DNA of 64,000 bases from IMG/VR virus record IMGVR_UViG_2551306257_000001, positions 5,988-69,987 of that record. The stretch is one strand, 5' to 3'. The DNA is from a virus. Taxonomy: Duplodnaviria; Caudoviricetes. The translations under genes and the position numbers were made by a program. Position 1 is the stretch's first letter, and every line of letters starts with the position of its first letter. Of this stretch, positions 1 through 9,374 are shown in pieces. Under the pieces are notes generated by a model, which was not told where the DNA came from, did no database searches, and saw only the letters and a list, made by a program, of their open reading frames with translations.

Positions 1-1
1 T

Positions 2-826
2 GGCATTTGCAACCGCATCTGTCAATGTGGTATAGTCGCCAGTGCCGTCTTGCGCAACGATGGTTTTGGTATCGAGCCTTGATGATGCAAATTCACGGAC
101 GATTGCCGAGATTTTAACCATACCTACCAATGATACTGTACTTGCACTCTTAGCTTGTGTTGTCAATATCATATAGACTGCGTTGTTTGGTATCGGCAAT
201 GTTTGGTGCTGATATACCACTTCTTTATTTGCATCAGTGATACCGCTAATAAACTGCTTATCTTTGTCATAAAACGCAATATGCAGACCTGCTCCTAAAG
301 AGGGAAATGTTCCACTTAGTGAAACTGTGGAATAATCACTGATGCCAATGTAGTCACTTCGGTTCCAATCAGCGTTCGTTGTGTTGAAAGTCCCTGCTGT
401 TCGGACAAATCCAGGGATCCATTTTATCAAAATATTATTTTGCAATTCTGACAGATTCATGTTTACTTCCTCAAATTGTTTTCTAATAGCTTCCCCGGCC
501 GTTAAATATTGACGGCCGCTTCTGGCAATTCGCAAATCTATTAGCTCGCTCGGTACTGTTCCATTACCTGCAGTAGCTATGAGATTCTCAATCTGACCAC
601 TGACAACGCTAACATCCTGGGCTGTTGATTTGTCAGTCAGCTCCATTTGGTCCAGTCGCTCGAAAAGTGTATTTGCATACCCCCTCGCCTTTGCGACTTC
701 CATATTGACATTGCCGTTAGCCGTTGCATCTTCATACACTTGCTGGATTCCGTCATGAATGGCTTGTCGGACATCACGGCCAAAGACGCCATCTTTGATT
801 ACTTTTAAGTGGTTATCAATTCCCAT
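2..826 (-). CDS. Tail spike / receptor-binding protein, 5' part (runs off the left edge)
   Basis: Hand-translated open frame MGIDNHLKVIKDGVFGRDVRQAIHD...IVAQDGTGDYTTLTDAVANA, directly after the Tal gene; absent from the ORF track because it has no stop in the window. Confidence 0.8.
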   Translation of the reverse strand, partial: MGIDNHLKVIKDGVFGRDVRQAIHDGIQQVYEDATANGNVNMEVAKARGYANTLFERLDQMELTDKSTAQDVSVVSGQIENLIATAGNGTVPSELIDLRIARSGRQYLTAGEAIRKQFEEVNMNLSELQNNILIKWIPGFVRTAGTFNTTNADWNRSDYIGISDYSTVSLSGTFPSLGAGLHIAFYDKDKQFISGITDANKEVVYQHQTLPIPNNAVYMILTTQAKSASTVSLVGMVKISAIVREFASSRLDTKTIVAQDGTGDYTTLTDAVANA

Positions 827-829
827 TTA

Positions 830-2179
830 TCATTTCCTTTCTAATACTTCTACTCTTCTTATCAATTCATCCAGATTGATTTCTTTGGTCACAAGCAGAT
901 AATCTAATTTCTGCTTATCTTGGGCTGACAAAAGCTGACTTGATTGCTCCGAGACCACTGTATTGACAGTCTCAACGGCTTCTGCAGTCGAGCTGGCAAT
1001 GACTCGAACCTCTTCCAGCTGGCTCTGTTGCTCTTTCAGCTGCCTAGTCGTGACTAGTTGCTTGGTCCTTTTTCGGACATTGTCCAATTGCCACTCTTCA
1101 GCAGACTTAAACTTGTCGCCAATCGTAAGATTTGACCGCTCAACGCTTACCAGGTCAATCTGACGTGCAACAACTCTCAATCGCTCGTCAATAAACATAA
1201 CGGGATTGATAACCCTGTAGGTATTCCCTTCCTCGAACTCATCAAAGTTTGGGTTGATGTGCGACAAGTTGACTGCCGATACCGAGTATTGATAGGATAC
1301 AGCCTTCTGAGTAGCTAACTGGCTCTCTCCTGCGTGTTTTAAGGCCGTAGGATCTTCTATGTCATCAAACGTGACAGTTTCCATTTTGATACCGTACTCA
1401 GCAATCAAGTCCGGTCTATCGATGTAGTCTTTCCCGTTGTTAACAGATGCAATGCTGACACGCTGATTTGTCTCGCTATTTTGCTTACCATAAACCAGCA
1501 AGCGTGACACAATGCCCTCTGGATTGATGTGTTGCTTTAGAGATAGCAAATTGACAGAGAGCTTGATTTCCGTGTCGCTGTCGATGCCAATCTGTTTCTT
1601 AAAGTCAAGGTACCTCTTGCCGTTTTCTTTGCGAATCTGTATCTCAAGTCCGTACTCATTCAGGATGAGGTCTGTTAGCGTGGCAAATGTAGATTTTGCA
1701 GGATCTACATCAGCTTCCATGTGGTCGCCTGTCGCGATCAAGTCTGACAAGTCCCCTGGGAAAAATTCCTTGTAAGATTCCAGATTGTCGTTGTGGAATT
1801 TTAATATCTGCTTTACAAAATCAGATTTCTTCCCACGGTAAATCTGTTGCCGTTGCTTGCTATCGTTCAGGAAGTCAAGTTCAGATTTGGCATTGTATGC
1901 GAAGGTAAACACTCCGCTCTCGGCCATATCGTTCGTAATCGGTGCGATACGACCAAAAAATACTTCTCTACCTGTCCGCATATTGACAACTTGAACCATG
2001 GTCTGCAAGGGCTTGATAAGAGCCTTGTAGCCAGCGTTATTTGGCAAAAACTGGAAATCAAACTGGGCAATCTTATTGATTTCAAATTTAACAATGGCCG
2101 ACAAGAGCTTATTCCCGCCGGCCATTGAATCGTGTATTGGTGTCACGTTGGCACCGTTTATCAAACTAACTGCATACAT
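830..2179 (-). CDS. Tail-associated (Tal / prophage endopeptidase-like) protein
   Basis: 449 aa, position after Dit, typical prophage tail protein sequence with a C-terminal coiled coil. Confidence 0.8.
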   Translation of the reverse strand: MYAVSLINGANVTPIHDSMAGGNKLLSAIVKFEINKIAQFDFQFLPNNAGYKALIKPLQTMVQVVNMRTGREVFFGRIAPITNDMAESGVFTFAYNAKSELDFLNDSKQRQQIYRGKKSDFVKQILKFHNDNLESYKEFFPGDLSDLIATGDHMEADVDPAKSTFATLTDLILNEYGLEIQIRKENGKRYLDFKKQIGIDSDTEIKLSVNLLSLKQHINPEGIVSRLLVYGKQNSETNQRVSIASVNNGKDYIDRPDLIAEYGIKMETVTFDDIEDPTALKHAGESQLATQKAVSYQYSVSAVNLSHINPNFDEFEEGNTYRVINPVMFIDERLRVVARQIDLVSVERSNLTIGDKFKSAEEWQLDNVRKRTKQLVTTRQLKEQQSQLEEVRVIASSTAEAVETVNTVVSEQSSQLLSAQDKQKLDYLLVTKEINLDELIRRVEVLERK

Positions 2180-2899
2180 TTAGATCAGCTCCTTAAACCA
2201 TTTGAAAGAAATTCTGCCGTTTCCTTCAATGCGAATTTCATTTTCTTTTTCGAGTGTGAAAAAGTCATATACACGACTTCCTGGAATAATACTGAACTGT
2301 TGGTTCCGCATAGTCAATGTCATATTGCTAGTTGATGTAATCTCTGGCCGTGCCAAGCTGATGCCTGTGTTGACCAATAGAATATCAAGCGAACCATTGA
2401 CCTCAAATGCGACATTCTGAAATGCATCGAGCTCAAAATTAAAATCATCCCAGATGTCGCTACCTTCGGCCCTTTCGGAAATCATGAAGGGATAGGCTGT
2501 GAATGTGATTTTAAGCACACCATGAGCCCAATCTTCCTCAAAAGCACTATCGCCTTGGACCTCGGCCAAGAAGTAGTATCCAGGTATCGCATCATCATAG
2601 AGAGGTGATAGGCCTGTTGTTCCCATCAACCAATTGATTGCATTGGTTTTAGCCATATTCATGGCTTCTTTCGTACCATAAATTGTATTCTTGATTTTGA
2701 TTTGATAGGTCAAGGTTCTCTGTTCATAGAGCTGGCCGCCATAGACTGTTGAAAAATCATATTTTTCATTGGAGAATGGAATTGGCACCAATACCTTCTT
2801 CTTGTTGGGAATGCTGATTGACCGCTCGTTCAGCAAAAGCAGGCCTTCATCTTCAAACGAATGCCTGCCGTTGTATCGAATACCATAGTGTTTAGCCAA
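2180..2899 (-). CDS. Distal tail protein (Dit)
   Basis: Position after the tape measure gene; probable TTG start at 2899 behind GGAGG. Confidence 0.8.
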   Translation of the reverse strand: MAKHYGIRYNGRHSFEDEGLLLLNERSISIPNKKKVLVPIPFSNEKYDFSTVYGGQLYEQRTLTYQIKIKNTIYGTKEAMNMAKTNAINWLMGTTGLSPLYDDAIPGYYFLAEVQGDSAFEEDWAHGVLKITFTAYPFMISERAEGSDIWDDFNFELDAFQNVAFEVNGSLDILLVNTGISLARPEITSTSNMTLTMRNQQFSIIPGSRVYDFFTLEKENEIRIEGNGRISFKWFKELI

Positions 2900-5699
2900 C
2901 TGTCCCACCTCCTTCAATGATTTGAATACGTTGTGCTTGTGCATCTGAAACATGCCCTACAATCAATTGAGCGAATGTTTTACCGTCGATATTTAAAATA
3001 ATTGGTTGTGGCTGTGGCTGTTCCACATTCACAACAATCTTATCTTTGACAGTTGACATGATATGATCAGCAACCATGCCAAGTGTACTTTCGTTCAGTG
3101 GTAGAATAGCCTCTTTACCAGCCTCACCGCCACCCATCAAACCATTACTATTCATGCCGAAAATAGTGGGCTTGGTCAAAATACCACCTTTCGCAAACCA
3201 TGTAATATCAATAGACGGCAAGGACCCTTTGCCACCAAATCCCCACGGAGCCTCACCGCCACTGATGTCAAATCGTGGTAGTTTCGGTCTAGGAAGCGAC
3301 CATTCAAAGTTAAAGAAACCTTTTATCGCATTGATAGCGTTGGAAACAGCGTCCCTGGCACCGTTAATGGTGTTAGTAATGGTATCTTTGATGCCGTTCC
3401 AAACACTACTTACAGTATTGAAAATGCCAGACATTACACCACTAATTGTGCTGGATATCCCGTTAAATACATTAGAAATTGTGTTTGAAATTGAGGTTAC
3501 TATATTGCCGATGAATGACAATATGCTATTCCAAATCGTAGACACAATGTTGAAGATCATGTTGAGTACAAATTGGATATAGGTCACAATCGCTTGCCAG
3601 GTTGTTTGAATGAATTGCTGAATAGCTGTGAGAACTGTCTCAATGATGGACTTGATTGCATTGATTAAGCCGTCTACAACACCTCTCATGGTCTCCCATG
3701 CGCCAGACCAGTCTCCGTTAATCGCCTGCATAACTGCCTTGATGATGCCAAGTACAGTGTTGATTGCTGTTTCTACAATTGTTTTGATAACTGTCCAGAC
3801 TGTCTCGATGACTAGTTGGATATTGGACCAAGCGGCTTGAATGAGTGGCTGTAGTGCTGTCATAACTGTGTTGATGACAGACATGATGGCATTCCAGACT
3901 ATTTCTGCGGAGGACTTAATCAACTCTTGATTTTCGGTCCACCAGGCAACCAATGTGCCCCAGATAGACATAACAAAAGCTGAAATCTGCTGAATAACAG
4001 CATTGATGACCGACATAATCGCATTCCAAATTTCGATTACTGCTGTTCGGAAGGCTTCGTTATTGTTCCACAAATATGTGATAATTGCTATTAAGGCGGC
4101 AATTGCCCCTACAATTCCAAGAACTGGAGCAATAATAGGTGCAGCCGCTCCTGCAATTCCGGCTAAAAATCCCATCATTGTCGGCAAGGCTGTTACAATG
4201 CCAACAATTATTGGTAATAGTAGACCAGCAATTGCAACAATCCCACCAAAAGCCACAATCGCTGTCTTTACAGGTCCTGGCAAATTCCCAACCCATTGTG
4301 CAACGGATTTGAAAATCCTTGCCATACTTTCCAAAACTGGAGCAACGACTTCTGCAATCATACCACCAATTTCAGCCATTGCCTCAGTGCTCATATTTTG
4401 AGCGGTTGTAAATTTGTCAATTGGATCAAGTGTCGAGTCAAATGTTTTGCCGACCGTTCCGGCAGCATTCTCAGCTGTTTTTGCTAAGTCATCAAAATTA
4501 AATGTCCCTCGTTGAATTGCATCAACCATTCGAGGTGCAGCTTTTGAGCCAAATACATCGGAAGCAATTGTCAAAGCTTCAGTTTCGCTCGTTGAATTTT
4601 GGATAGCTGAAATTGTCTCGTTCAATCCTTGCTCAAGTGTCTTCCCGTCTTTAGCGTAGTTGACCGCTGCTTTTGACAATGAGCCGAGAGCGGCAGATGA
4701 GTCAACCCCAGCTTTCTCAAATTTACCTATTAAAGCGACACCTTGGTCAAATTCCAGACCTAATGCTTTGATTTGCGGAGCTCCGTCAACCGCTTTGGTC
4801 ATCAAGTCATCAACAGAGACACCCGTATTTTGAGCGACATAGGTGGCACTATCCAACACATCCGAAAGATAGTCAACAGATAAGCCGTACGCTTCCAAAG
4901 CCTGCTTCGAAGTCTGTGTAGCAGAGGTCACATCGGTACCATTGATTTCTGCAAACTTAATCATGTCAGCAGCCGTTGTCTGCAATGCATCGCCAACTAA
5001 GTCAAATTGGGCACTGACTTCCCCGACTGCATTTCCTGCTGTTGTAAAGTCGGTAGGGATTGTGGTTGCCAGGTTAGATGCGATGTCTTGCATTTCTTGC
5101 AATGATTCACCGCTAGCTCCCGTTTTGGTGACAATTGTGTCCATGCCCTCATCGACCGTTCGAAATGCTTCTAGCGAACTTTCGCCAAATTCAATCAACT
5201 TTTGAGATGCATCAGCAATCATCCCAGAGAAGTCATTCAGCAAATCAGCTTTTAAGAGATTGTTCGTCTCTTCCTGCAAGCCTTTCATAGTCTGAGCATT
5301 GTTTTGGACTGCATCTGCATTCCCTGCCAATGCTTGATTGACATTCTCTAGCTTGTTCTCATAACCTTTTAGCACATTCTGGGTAACTTCAACCTCGCGT
5401 TGAAATGCTCGATACTGATCCTCACCGATCTTGCCTTCTGCAAATTGCTTTTGGACTTGTTCCTCAGCAGTCTTCAATGTTTCAAGCTTTTCTTTGGCGT
5501 TGGAAACCTGCTTGGCCAAGAGTTCCTGCTTCTGCCCAAGCAAGACAACGTTACCTGGGTCAAATTTCAAGGCTCTGTCAATCTCTTTGATTTCCTTGCT
5601 GGCAGCCTCCGCTGACTTATTTACATTTTTTAAGGCCTTATCTAATCCAGTAGTATCGCCACCGATTTCAATATTGATACCCTTAATTTTTCCTGCCAT
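2892..5699 (-). CDS. Tail tape measure protein
   Basis: MAGKIKGINIEIGGDT start behind AAAGGAGG; long helical protein with W/F-periodic repeats and a hydrophobic central segment. Confidence 0.95.
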   Translation of the reverse strand: MAGKIKGINIEIGGDTTGLDKALKNVNKSAEAASKEIKEIDRALKFDPGNVVLLGQKQELLAKQVSNAKEKLETLKTAEEQVQKQFAEGKIGEDQYRAFQREVEVTQNVLKGYENKLENVNQALAGNADAVQNNAQTMKGLQEETNNLLKADLLNDFSGMIADASQKLIEFGESSLEAFRTVDEGMDTIVTKTGASGESLQEMQDIASNLATTIPTDFTTAGNAVGEVSAQFDLVGDALQTTAADMIKFAEINGTDVTSATQTSKQALEAYGLSVDYLSDVLDSATYVAQNTGVSVDDLMTKAVDGAPQIKALGLEFDQGVALIGKFEKAGVDSSAALGSLSKAAVNYAKDGKTLEQGLNETISAIQNSTSETEALTIASDVFGSKAAPRMVDAIQRGTFNFDDLAKTAENAAGTVGKTFDSTLDPIDKFTTAQNMSTEAMAEIGGMIAEVVAPVLESMARIFKSVAQWVGNLPGPVKTAIVAFGGIVAIAGLLLPIIVGIVTALPTMMGFLAGIAGAAAPIIAPVLGIVGAIAALIAIITYLWNNNEAFRTAVIEIWNAIMSVINAVIQQISAFVMSIWGTLVAWWTENQELIKSSAEIVWNAIMSVINTVMTALQPLIQAAWSNIQLVIETVWTVIKTIVETAINTVLGIIKAVMQAINGDWSGAWETMRGVVDGLINAIKSIIETVLTAIQQFIQTTWQAIVTYIQFVLNMIFNIVSTIWNSILSFIGNIVTSISNTISNVFNGISSTISGVMSGIFNTVSSVWNGIKDTITNTINGARDAVSNAINAIKGFFNFEWSLPRPKLPRFDISGGEAPWGFGGKGSLPSIDITWFAKGGILTKPTIFGMNSNGLMGGGEAGKEAILPLNESTLGMVADHIMSTVKDKIVVNVEQPQPQPIILNIDGKTFAQLIVGHVSDAQAQRIQIIEGGGTVG

Positions 5700-5831
5700 G
5701 GTTCCTCCTTTCTTCAATAAAGTTGGCTTGTTGAATACCTCCAGCTGTAAGGGTGTCACTAGTAGTTACACCCTTTGGATTGAGTCGTTCGAGCGTTTTC
5801 CGTCAAGATAGCCAACCAACCACCCAAAACG

Positions 5832-5857
5832 AAAAGCACCCGATTTCTCGAATGCTT
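5832..5857 (-). terminator. Intrinsic terminator after the antirepressor cassette
   Basis: - strand AAGCATTCGA-GAAA-TCGGGTGCTT followed by a U-rich tract. Confidence 0.6.
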
Positions 5858-5867
5858 ATTATTACTA

Positions 5868-6683
5868 TTAAGCTACCCCTTCTTGCTCAATCAGAGGCAG
5901 ATAGCCATTGTCTTTCAGCAACTCATACAAGAACAAGCGACCTTTTTGTGTCCAAGTTGTTGTCATATTGGCTCTAGCCTGACCGTTCTTGTCCAGATAA
6001 TCAAATGTCGTGCTATCGGTATATCCTTTGCCCATATACTTTTTGTACAAAATCCATTGTCCGTTGACCTTATGCTGAATACCCAGCTCGTGCAAGAGTT
6101 TATTGAACCGATTAGCACTCATACCATAGTCAGCAGCAATCTGTGTCACACGAACCGCTCCCTTGCTCTCAATAATCACATCTAGGTAGCGTGCTTGCTT
6201 ACGAGCTTCAAGCAGTTCCACCTCCAGCACCTCGTTTTTCTCAACTAGCTCCAAATTCTGCAATTCTAATTGCTTCACTTGGTTGGTAATGCCTTGCAAA
6301 AACTCAGCCAAAGCACTTGGATTAGTCGTAATCTCAACAGCTTTCTGATTGGTAACATAAGCCCCATGCTTGCGAATAGCTGGCAAGACTTCTGATGTGA
6401 CCCAACGTTTGAATTGCTTGGCTTGTGGCAACTTAGATTTCAAGATAAGCGAGTATAGACCGCTCTCGTTGATGATATAGCTATCTTGTAGACCGCCTTT
6501 TGTAAGGATAGGATGTTTCGTCCTATCCTCTTCATCAACGTGTCGTGTGATTGCTTTGTTTGGCTCTTTGTAAGCCAAAATCTCAGCAACATCTTTTCCA
6601 ACAAACCAAGGCTCATTGTTAATCTCCAACAGTTGCACTTCTCCAAACTGTTCATTCTTAAAAATTTGTAGTTCCATATTCAT
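5868..6683 (-). CDS. Phage antirepressor (BRO-N plus KilAC/ANT C-terminal domain)
   Basis: ELQIFKNEQFGEV..PWFVGKDVAEILAY..INESGLYSLILKSKLPQAKQFKRWVTSEVLPAIRKHG; C-terminal TTWTQKGRLFLYELLK; start 6683 behind AAAGGAA. Confidence 0.92.
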   Translation of the reverse strand: MNMELQIFKNEQFGEVQLLEINNEPWFVGKDVAEILAYKEPNKAITRHVDEEDRTKHPILTKGGLQDSYIINESGLYSLILKSKLPQAKQFKRWVTSEVLPAIRKHGAYVTNQKAVEITTNPSALAEFLQGITNQVKQLELQNLELVEKNEVLEVELLEARKQARYLDVIIESKGAVRVTQIAADYGMSANRFNKLLHELGIQHKVNGQWILYKKYMGKGYTDSTTFDYLDKNGQARANMTTTWTQKGRLFLYELLKDNGYLPLIEQEGVA

Positions 6684-6693
6684 TTCCTTTCTT

Positions 6694-6834
6694 CTAACAA
6701 TATTTTTGTAATAATTCTTTTCTTCGCTCCATTGAAACATCCTCACGAAAAGCCATTAATTGCAAACTTGGGATGTAAAAACCTTCTCTATCCCACTCGC
6801 TACGAGAATATTCAATGATTGTCATTTTTGCCAT
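6694..6834 (-). CDS. 46-aa micro-ORF directly upstream of the antirepressor
   Basis: Hand-translated MAKMTIIEYSRSEWDREGFYIPSLQLMAFREDVSMERRKELLQKYC; AAAGGAG RBS; stop abuts the antirepressor RBS. Confidence 0.65.
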   Translation of the reverse strand: MAKMTIIEYSRSEWDREGFYIPSLQLMAFREDVSMERRKELLQKYC

Positions 6835-6888
6835 AATAAAAACTCCTTTGGGTATGACAAAGAAGCTCGTTTCTGATATAATGATTTC

Positions 6889-6958
6889 AGAAAGAGTTTC
6901 TTTCGAGCGATAAGGTATGACCTACGGTTTGGCGATTGCGGGTTATACCTTATTTTTT
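6889..6958 (+). ncRNA. Putative antisense sRNA (sar-like)
   Basis: ATGACA(6854)-17-TATAAT(6877) with TG extension; terminator ATAAGGTATGACC...GGTTATACCTTAT followed by a T tract. Confidence 0.6.
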
Positions 6959-7111
6959 GATTTCATCATAAATCTTTTGAATACCGTCACGAATGACCTC
7001 AGATTTTTTTCTGTTGGTCTTTTTTTCTATGTATTCTAATTGTTCTACGGTCTTACTATCAACCCTAGCACGAATGACGGTATCCTTGTTGGATTTTTGA
7101 TTGTCAGCCAT
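6950..7111 (-). CDS. Ribbon-helix-helix (Arc/CopG-like) repressor, 53 aa
   Basis: Hand-translated MADNQKSNKDTVIRARVDSKTVEQLEYIEKKTNRKKSEVIRDGIQKIYDEIKK; alternating beta-strand pattern and SEVIR helix; GGAGG RBS. Confidence 0.8.
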   Translation of the reverse strand: MADNQKSNKDTVIRARVDSKTVEQLEYIEKKTNRKKSEVIRDGIQKIYDEIKK

Positions 7112-7128
7112 TGTCTCACCTCCTTGTT

Positions 7129-7174
7129 ATGTGGCTACATTTTTAATTATAGATAAATGTAGCTACATTGTCAA
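7129..7174 (-). promoter_or_regulatory. Consensus sigma-A promoter with two palindromic operators
   Basis: TTGACA(7174-7169)-17-TATAAT(7151-7146); AATGTAGCTACATT at 7156-7169 and ATGTGGCTACAT at 7129-7140. Confidence 0.85.
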
Positions 7175-7191
7175 GAGGTTTTTGAAAAAAA

Positions 7192-7784
7192 TTAGAAATT
7201 ATCAATATCAGCCTGTGTAGCTCTTCTTGTCTTAACTTCCGTTTGCTTATCTGGATCACGAAGATTGATATAGTCTGTTTGGTAGTCAAGAGCCATGCCA
7301 AGCGTGATATGTTGTAGTTCCTCGACCGACAGACCGACTTCTTTGCAACAAGATAGGTAGGATTCTACTGTAAAGATTTCATCGCTTGCAGATTCGCTGT
7401 CATCGAAGGCTTTTTTGTGGCCATGTTTGCCTCCAACATTTCCATTAAGACAGGAGCGACGTCTTGGACAGGGAAGTATTCCAAATCCATGTAAAAATTG
7501 TCGTAAGGCTTGACCGTAGGGTCTCCCGATTTCACAAAAGTCCAAAACAGTCGGTTAAAGAATGTCATATCGAAGTCTTTCAACATGGACATATCTAGTT
7601 GACTGACATCTACTTCTTTCTGTTCCTGCGATAAGGCTACCATTTTCAATAGGGCGTCGCCTTGGAACATATTCATCATGTCCTGGAAGTAATCACGTCC
7701 AAATTGATTCTTGTATGCAATTGGCGTATAGCCATTGGTCACCAGTCGAAATTCCTGACCTCCGATTTGGTAAAGTCGTTCCAT
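7192..7784 (-). CDS. Tail assembly chaperone pair (gpG 7365-7784; gpGT via -1 frameshift ending at 7192)
   Basis: Slippery heptamer A AAA AAG at 7416-7410 in the gpG frame, with an overlapping -1 ORF downstream. Confidence 0.85.
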
Positions 7785-8389
7785 TAGCCACCTACCCCTT
7801 CTGTTGCTCCAAATGTCACGCCATCTGCAGGTTTATAGACATTTTTAAACCAGCCGTCGTAAACTTCTTTTTTGGTGTTTGAAGTTGTCTTTGTTTTAAC
7901 AGCTTTATCAGAGGATCGTGGAACAGATGCGAATGATAGTTCTGTGGTATTTGGGTCACCTGACTTGGTTTTTGAGCCCTGTTTAGGACGACTGACTGTG
8001 CACTTGTAAAGTAAGTGACGAGTGGCATTCTTATCCCCTTCAATTTGGAACATCATCGCAAAGGATGCCTGTTCTGCATCAGCAAACTCAGATTGTGTTC
8101 CGTCTGAAGCTAACTTCTCTCCTAAAATTTCCGTTTGGAAGTAATCAGTCATGCGGGCAATCGTCAATGTGCCTGTATATCCCTTATTGGTTGAGCCACC
8201 ATGGTAGGTCACGTTGTCTGCTTGGAAGTCAATCGTTTCTCCTTGTGGCTCGATTGTCAACTCAACGGCACCAGGTAGAGCTTGTGGAGTGTCATAGGTC
8301 AAATTGCCCATGGCATCCTCTGAGGTGATTTTGGCAATGTGGACTTTCTCCAGACCGTATTCAATTTTGTTTTCTGGTTTTTTAGTCAT
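7784..8389 (-). CDS. Major tail protein
   Basis: NKIEYGLEKVHIA..PGAVELTIEPQGE..FQIEGD..RHLLYKC (phi13-like major tail pattern). Confidence 0.9.
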   Translation of the reverse strand: MTKKPENKIEYGLEKVHIAKITSEDAMGNLTYDTPQALPGAVELTIEPQGETIDFQADNVTYHGGSTNKGYTGTLTIARMTDYFQTEILGEKLASDGTQSEFADAEQASFAMMFQIEGDKNATRHLLYKCTVSRPKQGSKTKSGDPNTTELSFASVPRSSDKAVKTKTTSNTKKEVYDGWFKNVYKPADGVTFGATEGVGG

Positions 8390-8402
8390 ATTTTTCTCCT
8401 TC

Positions 8403-8726
8403 TTAAATTAGATTGACATTATAGATGACTTGGTAAAGCCCTTCGGACTCAATGTACATCTCATCGGAAAACTCAAAAAAGAGCTTGTTTTGATTAAACA
8501 GGCTCTTTAATGTATCTTCCAATGCTTCATTTTTCTTATCAGTAATCAGTTCTACCGTAACTGATTTGATAGTGTGATACGCTTCATTATCAGCATTGAG
8601 GTTGTCCTCTCCGTCCTGATAATAGACCGCGTAAGGTGGTTTGGGTTGCTCTCCTTTCTTGAATTGACGGTAACGGCACGGTATTCCCAATGCTTTTATG
8701 ATAGCTGCAAATTCTAATAGTTTCAT
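8403..8726 (-). CDS. Tail terminator / completion protein
   Basis: Position in the neck cluster, PKPPYAVY motif. Confidence 0.7.
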   Translation of the reverse strand: MKLLEFAAIIKALGIPCRYRQFKKGEQPKPPYAVYYQDGEDNLNADNEAYHTIKSVTVELITDKKNEALEDTLKSLFNQNKLFFEFSDEMYIESEGLYQVIYNVNLI

Positions 8727-9076
8727 TGGCCAATTCTCCTGATGCGTTCTTCAAATTCGGCAATGGCTTCTTCTTCCACTGGTGCGATATGAACCTGCGG
8801 GCTCGTTCGTCCACCATCACGATTAACGTGCCCGTTTTCGAGTAGATGAGTTAGGCGATAGTCAGGCCCTCTTACATGTGCCACATAAGTTCCATTCTTC
8901 AATCGTTTCTTGGCCCATTTCTTTCTGTAATTTCCTGTCATCTTTGGGCTACTGACCCTTAACTTGGCTACAGCCTTATCAACAACATCGCTAGCAGCTT
9001 CATCAACTTCTTGTTCAACCTCTTCCGACCACTCTTCTAGTGCAGACATGATTTCGCTAGTTAGATCCAGTGCCAT
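8723..9076 (-). CDS. HK97 gp10-like neck protein
   Basis: SPKMTGNYRKKW..YRLTHLLENGH motif. Confidence 0.85.
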   Translation of the reverse strand: MALDLTSEIMSALEEWSEEVEQEVDEAASDVVDKAVAKLRVSSPKMTGNYRKKWAKKRLKNGTYVAHVRGPDYRLTHLLENGHVNRDGGRTSPQVHIAPVEEEAIAEFEERIRRIGQ

Positions 9077-9374
9077 TTTTTACTACCTCGCAAGTCAATT
9101 CGATGATATCACCATTTTCAAATGTCTTGATGACCTCGTATCTTACTCCTTCAAAATCCACATACACCTGATTGTCATACTCAAAATCGTGGACCTCAAG
9201 TACCATGGAAGGATTCATGTTGGCTTGTGATGCAAAATAATACTCTGACCGTGTGAGAGACCGCTTATTGCATGATACCTCAATACCTACTTCTTCGTAG
9301 GTTGGCTGTAACAACTCATCCAATGTCGGCTCTTCAGAAAGCGAAATTAGGGTGCAATCTTCATTCCATCTCAT
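9057..9374 (-). CDS. Head closure (head-tail adaptor) protein
   Basis: Position and size; RSEYYFA..YEVIKT pattern. Confidence 0.75.
   Translation of the reverse strand: MRWNEDCTLISLSEEPTLDELLQPTYEEVGIEVSCNKRSLTRSEYYFASQANMNPSMVLEVHDFEYDNQVYVDFEGVRYEVIKTFENGDIIELTCEVVKNGTGSN

Noticed and set aside
1-2900. Diversity-generating retroelement or invertible tail-fibre switch
   Set aside because: No reverse transcriptase, template/variable repeat pair or invertase seen; the distal tail region is outside the window
3076-5811. Multiple + strand ORFs opposite the tape measure gene (likewise opposite virB6 and the adhesin genes)
   Set aside because: Antisense shadows of long biased-codon genes
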